The notes below the pieces were generated by a model. The model was not told the origin of the DNA, ran no database searches, and saw nothing but the letters and a program-made list of their open reading frames with translations. Below, piece by piece: positions 27,482 to 37,726 of a stretch of DNA of 64,000 nt (its first letter is position 1; each line of letters opens with the position of its first letter). The position numbers and the translations under genes are program-made. The stretch comes from a virus (taxonomy: Duplodnaviria > Caudoviricetes). Where the stretch lies: the IMG/VR virus record IMGVR_UViG_3300035208_006521, positions 1-64,000 of that record. One strand, given 5' to 3'.

Positions 27482-27967
27482 TTATACGGGTGCTGCCGTA
27501 CCTGAATCAGCTTTTCTATCTCTCTTAAGAGCCAGGAAGCGCATGTTTTCTGTAACATAAGCGTTAGGTGAAACCTGTTCTCCGTTTGAAGCTACTACAA
27601 CCCCTGAAAAGCTTCTTAGTGGTTTGCCTGTAGCGGTATTTTGAAATACCAATTGTTCAAACTCCCTACCCTTACCATCTTCTTGAACATCGTCTCTGTA
27701 AGGTAACAAATCTTCAATTGTTATTTCTCCTCCGTCTTTGTACAAAGTCGTGGTTTTTTCGGGTACGAATGTACTCATGGTTATGCTACATGTGTAGCCG
27801 TGGCTATCTAAAGAGATAGGTCCTAAATAATTAAGGACATTGCCAGGTTGTATGTTCCAATCTTCATCGTAACTTACTCCTGAAGCTAATCCTATGGCTT
27901 TCAATGCTCCATCCACTTTGATCATTACTTGCACCCAAGCGCCACCTGCAATAAGTTTCTCTGACAT
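27482..27967 (-). CDS. Tail tube protein
   Basis: Directly after the sheath gene; IGLASGVSYDEDWNIQP..VL. Confidence 0.8.
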   Translation of the reverse strand: MSEKLIAGGAWVQVMIKVDGALKAIGLASGVSYDEDWNIQPGNVLNYLGPISLDSHGYTCSITMSTFVPEKTTTLYKDGGEITIEDLLPYRDDVQEDGKGREFEQLVFQNTATGKPLRSFSGVVVASNGEQVSPNAYVTENMRFLALKRDRKADSGTAAPV

Positions 27968-27982
27968 TTTATTCCTCCTTTA

Positions 27983-29701
27983 TTATGCTCCAGTTATTGA
28001 TGCATATACATGCATATGAGAAGTAACAAAGACAAAGTTTGTGGGAGGTGTCAAATTGGCATCATAGTCAATCTGAATAACATCTCCGTTTATTGTCTTT
28101 CTAAATCCCCAATAAGGTGGATTCCCATTAAATATTCCCAAATCAAAATATTGGGAAAGTTTACCTTCAACTACTGCATCAACTTTACCTAGCATGGTAT
28201 TTGACATAGCATGCCCGATAAAAGTTTCTTCTACTGCAGTCCTCAAGTCCCTAGATGCAAATAGAGCTTCTCTTACCATGCTGAATTCACATCTTTGTAG
28301 TTCACTACCCTGATACGTGGTAACTGTTCTCGCCGTAACAAATCTCCCGGCTTTGTTTATTATACCACAACATACTCCCCCGGCAATAAGTTTCTCGGCA
28401 TCTGAGATTGATAGTTTCTTTTCCCAAGATAATACGTCCACATCTTTATTCGTGGCGGGTTCGTTCAAGGATAGACACACCATTGCTCCTATCAACTTGG
28501 CTGCATAATAAGCCGGGCTGTAATCTTTCAACTTTGTAGCATCATCAAGGTCGAAATTTTTGAAACCAGGATAAGCTACTATCCCTGAATCTGAATTAAG
28601 ATTCTGGGCCCTTGTTATAGCCTGCTCAACAGACTCGCCTAAAGCACCTCCAACTATGAATTGTCTTTCTGCTTTTCCTGTTTCTGAATTACAATCCACA
28701 CAATGTTGTTTTATCAGAGCATGAATGCCGGCAGATTCACTTGACGTACTGATGAATTGGATATCCTCTTTTTTTGCCATTGCGAGTGATTCTTCCCATT
28801 CGGGATTACCATAAGCGCCATGTACTGCCCCGGAGAGATATACAAAATTGGCATTGTTATCAGGCAATATTCTCTCTGTTATTGAAGAATGAAGCTCAGC
28901 TGAAACCCATGAGCTCCTATTGTAAACATCAAGAAGCGCCTGCAGATTGCTTGTTACCATATAAGAAGCTGTCTTTATATCCTGAGGAGATACACTGTCC
29001 AATTCCGCTGATTTATCGCTTCCGATAAACGTGCTCATAGAGCATGTATAAGAAGGATGGGAACTAATAAAATCAACAATCTCCTGAATTGTAGGAAATT
29101 CCAAGAATGATAAGGATAAGTTATCTTCTTCGGCTCCTGTAACAACTACATCCAGACTGTCCTGATCTATAGACATAACAGCCGCACTACCAACTCCCAT
29201 ATATTGGATTTGAAAACTGTTTTTGCCTACATTGTCGTAGACTTCAGGCGTCTGACTCTTATACTGTATTGTTATCTTCTTACCTGATACTGTTCCGGCT
29301 TCTTGTTTCTTCCTGATTTGATTTGATGCTGTACCAAATATCCTGGAAGTTATTGATATAATCGGATCCGTGGAATTCATATCCATATATTCCGATTGTG
29401 TACCGGGATTTACTCTACAAGCCCCTATCTTCTGAGGTCTTAAATCCCCACCCGGACTAAATGCATGTCTTACTGCTTCAAGCAATTCTCCGGAGATTAA
29501 CACATCTTTGGCTTCAGAGGCATTTCCAAACCATAATATTTTATTTGGTTCCCCGCCTCTGGCTTCCCCAAAGATAACAGCATTGTTGATGCTGACCAAG
29601 CCATTGTTGTTTCTAACATAATCTATCCTGGAATAAGCTCCAGGAAGAAGATGCTGAGTGGCTCTGCCGGCACTAGAAAATGTTGCCGCTTTGACTCCCA
29701 T
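27983..29701 (-). CDS. Tail sheath protein
   Basis: HLLPGAYSRID, IFGEARGGEPNK, C-terminal sheath domain. Confidence 0.9.
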   Translation of the reverse strand: MGVKAATFSSAGRATQHLLPGAYSRIDYVRNNNGLVSINNAVIFGEARGGEPNKILWFGNASEAKDVLISGELLEAVRHAFSPGGDLRPQKIGACRVNPGTQSEYMDMNSTDPIISITSRIFGTASNQIRKKQEAGTVSGKKITIQYKSQTPEVYDNVGKNSFQIQYMGVGSAAVMSIDQDSLDVVVTGAEEDNLSLSFLEFPTIQEIVDFISSHPSYTCSMSTFIGSDKSAELDSVSPQDIKTASYMVTSNLQALLDVYNRSSWVSAELHSSITERILPDNNANFVYLSGAVHGAYGNPEWEESLAMAKKEDIQFISTSSESAGIHALIKQHCVDCNSETGKAERQFIVGGALGESVEQAITRAQNLNSDSGIVAYPGFKNFDLDDATKLKDYSPAYYAAKLIGAMVCLSLNEPATNKDVDVLSWEKKLSISDAEKLIAGGVCCGIINKAGRFVTARTVTTYQGSELQRCEFSMVREALFASRDLRTAVEETFIGHAMSNTMLGKVDAVVEGKLSQYFDLGIFNGNPPYWGFRKTINGDVIQIDYDANLTPPTNFVFVTSHMHVYASITGA

Positions 29702-29716
29702 AATTTTTTCCTCCTA

Positions 29717-30448
29717 TTATGGATTGTGAATGTTTTCTTTATAATGATCTACGGCTTCTAATACGCCGACGTCACTATCTATTATATATTGTCTGGTGGA
29801 AAAATCTACATCAAATCTTAAAATTCCTCCAAACAACATTTTTCCAAAATCATAATTAAAATTACCCCCCTTTTGTCCTCTAATACTTCCTTCTACTACT
29901 ACTATATTATATTTATCCTTTATTGTAAATCTTTTTTCTCCGAAGAAGAAATTTACCATCAAATCAAATATTCTATTCTTTATAATCATATTCTCGTCCC
30001 AAATTTCCATTACCATATTAGCTGTTCTATATTTTGTATATCCGGTGGCTAATATTTTATTTCCTGGGGCTTCGTTCACCATATCTTTCAATATTAGTAA
30101 ATCATCATCTGAAATTATATATAGTTTTTTTCTCAAATCCGTATTTTCTATTTCTGATATTTCAGAAATAGTTATTGTATTCTCTTCTGGATTAACAGGC
30201 ATTTCCAATCTTGCGTTATTGCCATCACTTTCATTCACTAGAGTAATTGAAGGGAATAAACCTGTTGGCATATTACCTCCATTTACATTCTGATCTAGAA
30301 CGTAGGCCATTGGATGTATGCTACTTATCTTTATATTGCCAAAATTCTTGTATATCTTTTGGAATTTTATTTCATTCATGAGATAATTCTTTATTTCATC
30401 AATGAATATTTCCTCAACGTCTGGTACTGCGCTTATTATGTATCTCAT
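29717..30448 (-). CDS. Tail terminator / neck protein
   Basis: Position directly before the sheath gene. Confidence 0.5.
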   Translation of the reverse strand: MRYIISAVPDVEEIFIDEIKNYLMNEIKFQKIYKNFGNIKISSIHPMAYVLDQNVNGGNMPTGLFPSITLVNESDGNNARLEMPVNPEENTITISEISEIENTDLRKKLYIISDDDLLILKDMVNEAPGNKILATGYTKYRTANMVMEIWDENMIIKNRIFDLMVNFFFGEKRFTIKDKYNIVVVEGSIRGQKGGNFNYDFGKMLFGGILRFDVDFSTRQYIIDSDVGVLEAVDHYKENIHNP

Positions 30449-31251
30449 TTTGATAACCCCAAATCTTTTCTTAATCCGTCTGCTATCATATCTTCTATTA
30501 TCTCCTTAGTATTTTCACCAACACTACGTGTAATATGTTTGCCCGTGGAACCAGGATGAATCCACTTATGTCCGGGACTATTTTGTGATATAACCCTGAA
30601 AGTTACATACTCGGTTCTGACTGAAGCGGGTGTTGACACATCAAAGGCTAACATCCCCTCCAAATTTTTTACCCCTGTACCTGTTATCCTGCTACCATAT
30701 TCATAACTTTTTCTTGGTATCAATTCTCCCTTATAATTTTTTTCTACTTTTCTTCCCTTTACAACATGACTTAATTGTATTTGGCCCTCTTTTATCCCTG
30801 TTCTTATAGCATTATACACTTGCTCCGGCATAGCTGGGTAACTTTTTGTACCTGGTGCTCCATGACGGAAAGGAACTATCAAATAAGGAACACCATCTTT
30901 TGACATTCTTGATCTGCTCCCAATAGTATGAGTCTTTTTCATATCATAAGGTTCCGTACCATTTTCTATATATTCCGCATAATGACTATCACTGTATATA
31001 AAATAGTTAAAAGGTGATAACATTCTCTCTTTAATAGATTTGGCATAAGACCCTGTTGGTTTATCCACTTTGTTGGGATTATTTTTCATTTCTGCACCAA
31101 GAGCATAACATTTCCAGGTATAAGCTATCAAGGAAGAAGACATTTTAAAAGCCTTATAAGTATTTGGCATGATTCTACTAGATACCATTTCCAGGGAATT
31201 AACTAATTGGCCTAGACTTTCATCTTCAGGAGTTATTGCTATTTTTATCAT
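30445..31251 (-). CDS. Neck / head-tail joining protein
   Basis: YAEYIENGTEPYDMKK, YLIVPFRHG, YVTFRVIS...WIHPG. Confidence 0.55.
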   Translation of the reverse strand: MIKIAITPEDESLGQLVNSLEMVSSRIMPNTYKAFKMSSSLIAYTWKCYALGAEMKNNPNKVDKPTGSYAKSIKERMLSPFNYFIYSDSHYAEYIENGTEPYDMKKTHTIGSRSRMSKDGVPYLIVPFRHGAPGTKSYPAMPEQVYNAIRTGIKEGQIQLSHVVKGRKVEKNYKGELIPRKSYEYGSRITGTGVKNLEGMLAFDVSTPASVRTEYVTFRVISQNSPGHKWIHPGSTGKHITRSVGENTKEIIEDMIADGLRKDLGLSK

Positions 31252-31307
31252 TTTCTACTATTTCCTGTTGTTTTTAAACTTTCAATTTTGCTCACCGTGC
31301 TTTCAAT

Positions 31308-32417
31308 CTAATAGATGTTTTGTTGGCTACTAACCATTGCCATTTGTGGTCTTATGTTTGCTCTTTCTTCGACATCCCATTTCTTTAATGTGAGTTTTTT
31401 CGGTAATATTTTATCTTCTGAATATCTTAAATTCGGAATATCATCATCAACCCTATAAGTTGGCGAATATGTGAAGGAAAGAGAAAAATTGCCGTGTGGC
31501 TTTCTGCTGTTCCATAATATTTCATTATTTCTTATTATCTTAGCATCCTCTATCAGTCCCAAATCATCTTCTATTCTTAATATTTCTCTTGCCTTGAAAA
31601 CCGGGAGTCTATATGGTTCATTTAGTTTGCCAACTATGGACATTCTTTGTACTGGCTTTAATAGAGTAATAGTATCAGAACTACCCATGATATATTCCCC
31701 CGGGATTGTTATTTGCATTTCTCCTGTTTGATTCAAGAGCATTCTTTCATGTTTTTGTTTCATTGTCAAACCCTGCAAGAGAAATTTAAAAGGCAGAAGA
31801 TAAGTGCACTTTACTTCTATATCGTCATCTTCAGTCATGTTGGAGTCTGTGAGTATCATATTGTCCCAAATATCCAATACATTCATTTCATTTCCACGAG
31901 TGTTATTTCTAGCATACTCCACCTTTATTATTTCCCCCAAAAATTCACCTTCTTCACTACTTATTGGTGGAATATTTACTCTTATTATTCCCCTTTCTTC
32001 GCAAATACCTTGACCTGTAAAACTATTTCTTAAATCCTGTTTATATTCTACAATATATTCTTTTCCTGGTATTAAACTGCTCCTGAGTACGATTCTTGAT
32101 CCATTAAAGTCTTGATAGGATAATGTGTTGTCGTCTACTATTATTTTATTTATAGAATAAATCTTACCTGTAGTAGTTATGACACTTCCGCCTTTGGAAT
32201 ATCCTGTTTCTTTTCGTGTTACATATTCTATGGGATAAAGAATAAAACCTCTTCCAAAACATTTTTTACATGCAGGATCGGCTATTCCTCTTTCACCTAT
32301 ACAATAACAAGGAATACCACTTTTCCATCTAACATATTGGCCTTGTCTAATTATAGCGGAATCATATAACTCTTTGTGCTGTTCGATACCTTTTAGATTT
32401 TCTACTGAAATTTTCAT
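31308..32417 (-). CDS. Head-tail connector / neck protein with a Cys cluster
   Basis: IPCYC...CKKCFGRGF; position in the neck gene block. Confidence 0.55.
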   Translation of the reverse strand: MKISVENLKGIEQHKELYDSAIIRQGQYVRWKSGIPCYCIGERGIADPACKKCFGRGFILYPIEYVTRKETGYSKGGSVITTTGKIYSINKIIVDDNTLSYQDFNGSRIVLRSSLIPGKEYIVEYKQDLRNSFTGQGICEERGIIRVNIPPISSEEGEFLGEIIKVEYARNNTRGNEMNVLDIWDNMILTDSNMTEDDDIEVKCTYLLPFKFLLQGLTMKQKHERMLLNQTGEMQITIPGEYIMGSSDTITLLKPVQRMSIVGKLNEPYRLPVFKAREILRIEDDLGLIEDAKIIRNNEILWNSRKPHGNFSLSFTYSPTYRVDDDIPNLRYSEDKILPKKLTLKKWDVEERANIRPQMAMVSSQQNIY

Positions 32418-33532
32418 CCTGTTATCATCCCCATATTTATATTGGAATATTTTGCCCTGTTCCTGTTAATAAAATCTTTTATCAAATCAAGATATTGTTT
32501 TACTCTTGCCCCATATAAAGTAGAACTACTTGACTGAGTCAAGCTTATGGATTCGGATAAACCATCAAGGCCAACTGAAGTAGATGCGAGCCCCGGATGT
32601 TTTCCTCCTCCGGCATATTCTAGAACATAAACAGAAGCCAACAGGCCAATTGCATTTCTTAAGTCGCTCGGAATATAGTCACTATTTTTATATCCGGTGG
32701 TATAATCTATTTTAAAAGCCTGTGGAAAATCTCCTGAGAATAATTGTGGAGCCACTGCCATTAAACCATTTCCAACATAGCCTTTTCCAAACAAAGTTGA
32801 ACCTTTAGGATAAATATGAATTTGTCCTGATTTTTTATACATTCTTATCCAGTCTAATATCTCGAGCACTAAAGTATTCCAGGCTGAGTAAAAACCGGCT
32901 TTTTCTATAGATAATAAAGGCCTGTGTCTCAATTGTAAAAATCCGTAATTAACCCATTGTATCTTTTTGAAGTCATAAGCATCTTCTTCATCCGTATAAT
33001 CCACTCCTTGCTGCCATTGTGGGGCCTGGACAAGAAGCGGGTCTGGTTCTGTTTTTCTTATTTTTATCCTCATATCCATGTCAAAATATTTTTCAAACTG
33101 TTCCAAGGCTACTTCTATCTGGTATCTTAATTGCTGATCTGTTACTGAATTCCCATCCTGTGTTCTCAAATCCAATCCCATGAGATAAGTATGTCTTATA
33201 TCGTCTGCTGTTAAAGCTTCCCCCCAAGTTCCTTTTGGTGGCGAATAATTTCTGAAAGTATATCCTATCTTGTCCTCTGTACCCACTCTGAAGGCTTCTG
33301 AAAATTCAGAATATGTCATTGTTTCTGAATTATAAAAAGCGCTCTTGTACCAACTAGAAGAAGTTCCCTCCTCGTCATAATATATATATGTGTCCCTACC
33401 TGGTTGTAGCGGTATTAGAGCGAGTTGTGTATATGTACCTGTTTCAGTAGCCGCTCTTTGTATAGATATTTGGTCCCATTTATCCAAAATCTCTGGGATT
33501 TTATCTAATTCTACATCTATTGTAATTTTCAT
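32414..33532 (-). CDS. Head completion / adaptor protein
   Basis: KIDYTTGY...IPSDLRNAIG, S.GLDGLSESI, YGARVKQY. Confidence 0.6.
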   Translation of the reverse strand: MKITIDVELDKIPEILDKWDQISIQRAATETGTYTQLALIPLQPGRDTYIYYDEEGTSSSWYKSAFYNSETMTYSEFSEAFRVGTEDKIGYTFRNYSPPKGTWGEALTADDIRHTYLMGLDLRTQDGNSVTDQQLRYQIEVALEQFEKYFDMDMRIKIRKTEPDPLLVQAPQWQQGVDYTDEEDAYDFKKIQWVNYGFLQLRHRPLLSIEKAGFYSAWNTLVLEILDWIRMYKKSGQIHIYPKGSTLFGKGYVGNGLMAVAPQLFSGDFPQAFKIDYTTGYKNSDYIPSDLRNAIGLLASVYVLEYAGGGKHPGLASTSVGLDGLSESISLTQSSSSTLYGARVKQYLDLIKDFINRNRAKYSNINMGMITG

Positions 33533-35451
33533 TATTCCGCTCCTTCTATCTTAGGTGATTTGTATTTTGTGATATTCATTTTAATATATCCAAGGACTTT
33601 TTCTTTTATGAAATTTATAAGATATTCATCCGTAAACTTTCCTCTTTCTATTAAAGACACTCTTGAAAATAGTTGTTTCAATTCATCAGAAGAAATAGCA
33701 ACATCTTCTATAACAAACTTAATCAAATTTCTTATTTCATCGGAAGAATATATTTCATCAGCCACAAGCAAGGATGTTACTACCATATGTAATATGGCTT
33801 CATCCGATCCAACTCCGTTATCAGATTCAGACAATAAACTCCTTGTAAAAATTAAATCTTCCGAAAAGCCTGGATCGTAAATGAATATTCTTGCATCTTC
33901 GGGACCTATAGGTAAAGAAATAAAATCCGGTGTTTCAGAAGAAGTAAATATATCATATATAACTGCTTTTATAACTAATTCTACAAAGTCAATACCAGAA
34001 AAACTATCCAAGACATTCATTCTCTTTATAAAGTTTAATATATCACTTCCTAAAGCTGAGTCTTGGGATATTATTTTCATCAATAAACCGTAAATCAAAT
34101 CTTGCATAGAACCAGATTCTTCTATTACTTTATTCATCAAATATGAAAATATATCCTCAGAAATTCCATTATCTGCGATGGATGTTCTCATTTTTTTTAA
34201 TACATTGTCTGTAGAGTTTATAACATCATCAACGTCCATTTTTCCTTTTAATATTATTTCATCATTACCGGCAAATAGGTCGACAATCATTATTTTAAGG
34301 AAAGGAGAAATTATTTCCATAACAGAAGAAGAATCAGCCACAACTATTAGCTTTGATATAATATCCGCTAATTCAGAAGAAATTCCATTTTCTCCAACTT
34401 CTTTTTTATCCACTTTCAAAATAGATTCTAATGAGTTTGCTATATCCTGTACTACCTTTCCATATAAAATAGATTGAACACTATCCTGGCCTATTCCTCC
34501 TTCCTGTGCTTCAATAATAAGTTTAGCACTAGCGGCTAATAATTCCAGGGCATGTATTATTTCTGGGATTAAAATTATGTAAATTCTTTCTATCTCTTCC
34601 CCAACTGATAATGCAATTGAGTCAGTGAGAGATAAGTTGGCTTTTAGAGCAAATGAATCAATACCGAAGGAAGTTTCTCCTGTTTGAATAAAAAAAGTTT
34701 TTTTCCCTAAACTATAATTTCTAAATATTGAACCTGGGTCGTGGCCTATTATATTTAATTCCTGTACATCTAATTCCCTATTCCATATATACATAAACTG
34801 CATACAACCACCAAGCGCTCCTGGCATTCCTCCGGGGTCTATAGTATTTATAAACATATTACCGCTTGCCGATAATAATTGGGAATTTGTATTATTTTTA
34901 AAATTTCTACTATTTAAAATAAATCTAAATCTCTCAATACTGTGGCGGTTATAACTAGTGGCGGCTATTATTTTTTTATTTTTTCCATCAAAAGAATTAC
35001 TTGGAATATCACCGTTGCCGGAACTAATTACAAAATAACTATTTAGGTCTATGTTGCTGTATTCTTCGCCTTTGCTCCAATAATGGCTATATATAAATCT
35101 ACGGGAATAATTCCAATAATAGAAACTGCCATAAACTGCGTCCGCTTCATCAGGATATACTTTATCAAATATAAAACCTATAAGTAGGGTCCAAATACTA
35201 ACATTACCTAATTCAGCTTCTGATGGCCCTTCTATTCCTTGGGTATAATCAAAAATATTCGGACTATGTAGACCAAACTGTGTCCAATAACAACTATTTA
35301 TTGGATATAATCTACCAACAGCGTGATCGTATACATTTCTACTTCCATATTCATTTAATGGTAAACAGACAATAAGCCCCCTGCACATTGGGTTATTTCG
35401 ATTGAGTATCGTCCCCCTGTCGGGCTTTCTATAAAGAGATTCAATTTTCAT
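33532..35451 (-). CDS. Fibre-like protein: ConA/LamG-like N-terminal domain + ~19-aa Asp/Ser repeat stalk
   Basis: MCRGLIVCLPLNE...YIWNRELD; C-terminal periodic D..G.S.D units. Confidence 0.55.
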   Translation of the reverse strand: MKIESLYRKPDRGTILNRNNPMCRGLIVCLPLNEYGSRNVYDHAVGRLYPINSCYWTQFGLHSPNIFDYTQGIEGPSEAELGNVSIWTLLIGFIFDKVYPDEADAVYGSFYYWNYSRRFIYSHYWSKGEEYSNIDLNSYFVISSGNGDIPSNSFDGKNKKIIAATSYNRHSIERFRFILNSRNFKNNTNSQLLSASGNMFINTIDPGGMPGALGGCMQFMYIWNRELDVQELNIIGHDPGSIFRNYSLGKKTFFIQTGETSFGIDSFALKANLSLTDSIALSVGEEIERIYIILIPEIIHALELLAASAKLIIEAQEGGIGQDSVQSILYGKVVQDIANSLESILKVDKKEVGENGISSELADIISKLIVVADSSSVMEIISPFLKIMIVDLFAGNDEIILKGKMDVDDVINSTDNVLKKMRTSIADNGISEDIFSYLMNKVIEESGSMQDLIYGLLMKIISQDSALGSDILNFIKRMNVLDSFSGIDFVELVIKAVIYDIFTSSETPDFISLPIGPEDARIFIYDPGFSEDLIFTRSLLSESDNGVGSDEAILHMVVTSLLVADEIYSSDEIRNLIKFVIEDVAISSDELKQLFSRVSLIERGKFTDEYLINFIKEKVLGYIKMNITKYKSPKIEGAE

Positions 35452-35818
35452 TATGAAGCCTTTCTATAATTTGCATGTACTGTTATAGTATCCGTTGTAC
35501 CACTCGATCTAACACCAAGACGTATTTTATATTTGTTGAATATAGCATAAGATTTTTTATTTGGGTCTTTGGCGGCCCCGAACATATCCTCATAATCTAT
35601 TTCATCAACAAAAAAAGCAGTATCGTCCCAATTTCGGAAGAATCATCTAAAGTTGCATAAAAGGATACAATTAGTGTATCCGTGGGGGTTGCTGGAAAAT
35701 CAGCCTCCACTTCTACCTCCGCTCTTTCTGATGGTTCTAGAGAAAATGGTGATGAAAAAACTTCTGTATTTGTTACTGCCGCCGATGCTATTATGGATGT
35801 TTTACTTCCCCAAGCCAT
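35451..35818 (-). pseudogene. Frameshifted small structural gene (~122 aa if joined)
   Basis: Frame 0 stops at 35597. The -1 frame continues NWDDTAFFVDEIDY...YRKAS to a TAA that overlaps the next ATG (TAATG at 35451). Confidence 0.6.
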
Positions 35819-35819
35819 G

Positions 35820-36125
35820 TTATTTTTCCTCCGTATGATTTTTTAATTCTACTATTTTCTGGCCTACTTTTGCGGCAAGGCCTAAACCTAACATTGTTCC
35901 TATCAGACCCGTTATTCCCGATATCTCTATATAACCGTTGTTAAGCACTTTAATAGCCCATACAACAGTCACTGTGAGGGCTATTATCAGAGCTACAATC
36001 ACAACCAGGAAAGATGCTACTCTCATCATTGATGATTGAGAATCCATCCTTATAAAATCCATCATATCAACCTCCGAGAATAATTTCTGAGGAATCTTTA
36101 ATGTCAAATAATTCTTTATGATCAA
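35820..36125 (-). CDS. Holin-like two-TM protein (true start probably ~36065)
   Basis: Two hydrophobic segments and a basic C-terminus; adjacent to the putative endolysin. Confidence 0.6.
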   Translation of the reverse strand: MIIKNYLTLKIPQKLFSEVDMMDFIRMDSQSSMMRVASFLVVIVALIIALTVTVVWAIKVLNNGYIEISGITGLIGTMLGLGLAAKVGQKIVELKNHTEEK

Positions 36126-36699
36126 ACAACATATATGAGAATGTTGTGTTTTTATTTTTCTTATATTTATTACTGGAGATAATAATATCCATAAATATCG
36201 AAAAATCTTTCCATTCTTTAGTTACCTGACACCCGGCACTCCAAGGGCCTATATCTTCTACTCCTTCGATTTTACCAGTACCATGGAAATTTATTCCGAA
36301 ATATCCTTTATATATTTTCTCTTTACCGTTAAACAACCCGTCCTTGTTTGAATCTCTCCATATTTTTATAGTATTGCCGGTTTGAACAAGGGCCTGATGT
36401 TCACTTCTTTTACCTTTACTATGAGTTCCTACCTGCCATATTGCACGATGATATCCCAAACAAACATGGGCGCATCCTAGACTATTCATAGGACTTAGAG
36501 TATAGGCCCAAGAAGGGTCTGTTGTGCCTTTAGCCATCAAAACTTTCCCCTCTTCCAGGGTCATACCTAGGATATCGTTGAACTTACTTTCCTTTTGATT
36601 TTCTTCCCAACGAATTCCAAAGATGTTAGGGCCTTGTTCATCATACTCTAAACCTCTTTTGGTGTACTCTTTTCTTAAATCAAAATCCCTGGTTATCAT
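36067..36699 (-). CDS. Putative endolysin, L,D-transpeptidase (YkuD)-like His/Cys enzyme
   Basis: NIFGIR, GTTDP, H.ALVQ, FGINFH...WSAGCQV (H...GC catalytic pattern); beside the holin. Confidence 0.6.
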   Translation of the reverse strand: MITRDFDLRKEYTKRGLEYDEQGPNIFGIRWEENQKESKFNDILGMTLEEGKVLMAKGTTDPSWAYTLSPMNSLGCAHVCLGYHRAIWQVGTHSKGKRSEHQALVQTGNTIKIWRDSNKDGLFNGKEKIYKGYFGINFHGTGKIEGVEDIGPWSAGCQVTKEWKDFSIFMDIIISSNKYKKNKNTTFSYMLFDHKELFDIKDSSEIILGG

Positions 36700-36709
36700 T
36701 TTTTTCTCC

Positions 36710-37246
36710 TTAAGACAGGCTTATCTGCAACGTTAATTCCCAAGTATCCCCTGCTTGTTTGGTCCCTTTTGCTGTGACTTTCCTATTAAGATTAACCGAT
36801 GCATCACTGGAGCCGTTTGCTACTGTGAATTCTTCCCAAGCAAAGTTTGCTTCAGAACCTCCGAAGGTTGCTCTCCATACTGCCATCTGGGAAGTGCCAA
36901 ATGTTGGAAAACCTGTGTCCATCGGCTTATAAAGTTTGTTTGTTGTTGCTTGAAGTCCCGTCTGAGATGCTGATTCTGCGGCATTTGAATCTCCAACTCC
37001 CAAATAAGCGTTGGTTGCATCAAATTTTATTCCACTAGAACTACAGAGTACCGTAAACAGCTCATTAATCCCCTCATTCAGCAGAAGATTGAAATCCCAA
37101 CGACGTTCTTCATAAGGATTCCCCACTTTTTCTCCGTGCCATTTACGTATTCCCCAACTGGCTTTCATTTTGCCTTTATCCAAGGAAGATATTCCCATGG
37201 CAGAGGCTAGGGCTTTTATGAGTTTTTCTTTTAATTCTTCTTTCAT
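36710..37246 (-). CDS. Virion structural protein (collar/fibre base)
   Basis: NLLLNEGINE, YLGVGD, ATFGGSEANFAWEEF, LNRKV...K...TWELTLQI. Confidence 0.55.
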   Translation of the reverse strand: MKEELKEKLIKALASAMGISSLDKGKMKASWGIRKWHGEKVGNPYEERRWDFNLLLNEGINELFTVLCSSSGIKFDATNAYLGVGDSNAAESASQTGLQATTNKLYKPMDTGFPTFGTSQMAVWRATFGGSEANFAWEEFTVANGSSDASVNLNRKVTAKGTKQAGDTWELTLQISLS

Positions 37247-37392
37247 TTATACTCTTCTCCCTTGTTTTCTTTTTCATTTAGTTTAGCCGACACTTTGTCG
37301 GCATATTCTAAATATTTTTTTGCTTCTTCTTCGCTCATAGAAACCTCTCTCAGAGATTTGGCTATGGGATCGAAAATTACATACTTTTTCAT
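37243..37392 (-). CDS. Small hypothetical protein (49 aa)
   Basis: Hand-translated MKKYVIFDPIAKSLREV...; TGA overlaps the next ATG. Confidence 0.5.
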   Translation of the reverse strand: MKKYVIFDPIAKSLREVSMSEEEAKKYLEYADKVSAKLNEKENKGEEYK

Positions 37393-37393
37393 G

Positions 37394-37717
37394 TTAACTA
37401 CCCCATACAATGATATTTACTGATGCTCCCGCTACATCCAGACAACTAACAGAAAGGGCTGATAAACTATTCAATTCGGTGAATAGAGTCTTTGCTACTG
37501 CTAAATCCGCTCCGCTGTTTAATTTCACACTGATTTGTTTGTCAGTGGAAATATACAGGGCTTTTATAACTCCTAGACCCGTTAGTGGAATAGAAACTTC
37601 ACCATCCGCATTTTTTATGTTTTTGGTAAAAACTCCCCTATAGTTGAATACTATAGAGGAGTTGTTTATCGAAGTATCTATCATAGGGTCTTTTAATGCG
37701 ACCGAATAATATAGCAT
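37394..37717 (-). CDS. Small beta-rich virion protein
   Basis: ORF track; structural gene block. Confidence 0.5.
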   Translation of the reverse strand: MLYYSVALKDPMIDTSINNSSIVFNYRGVFTKNIKNADGEVSIPLTGLGVIKALYISTDKQISVKLNSGADLAVAKTLFTELNSLSALSVSCLDVAGASVNIIVWGS

Positions 37718-37726
37718 CTCGTTCTC

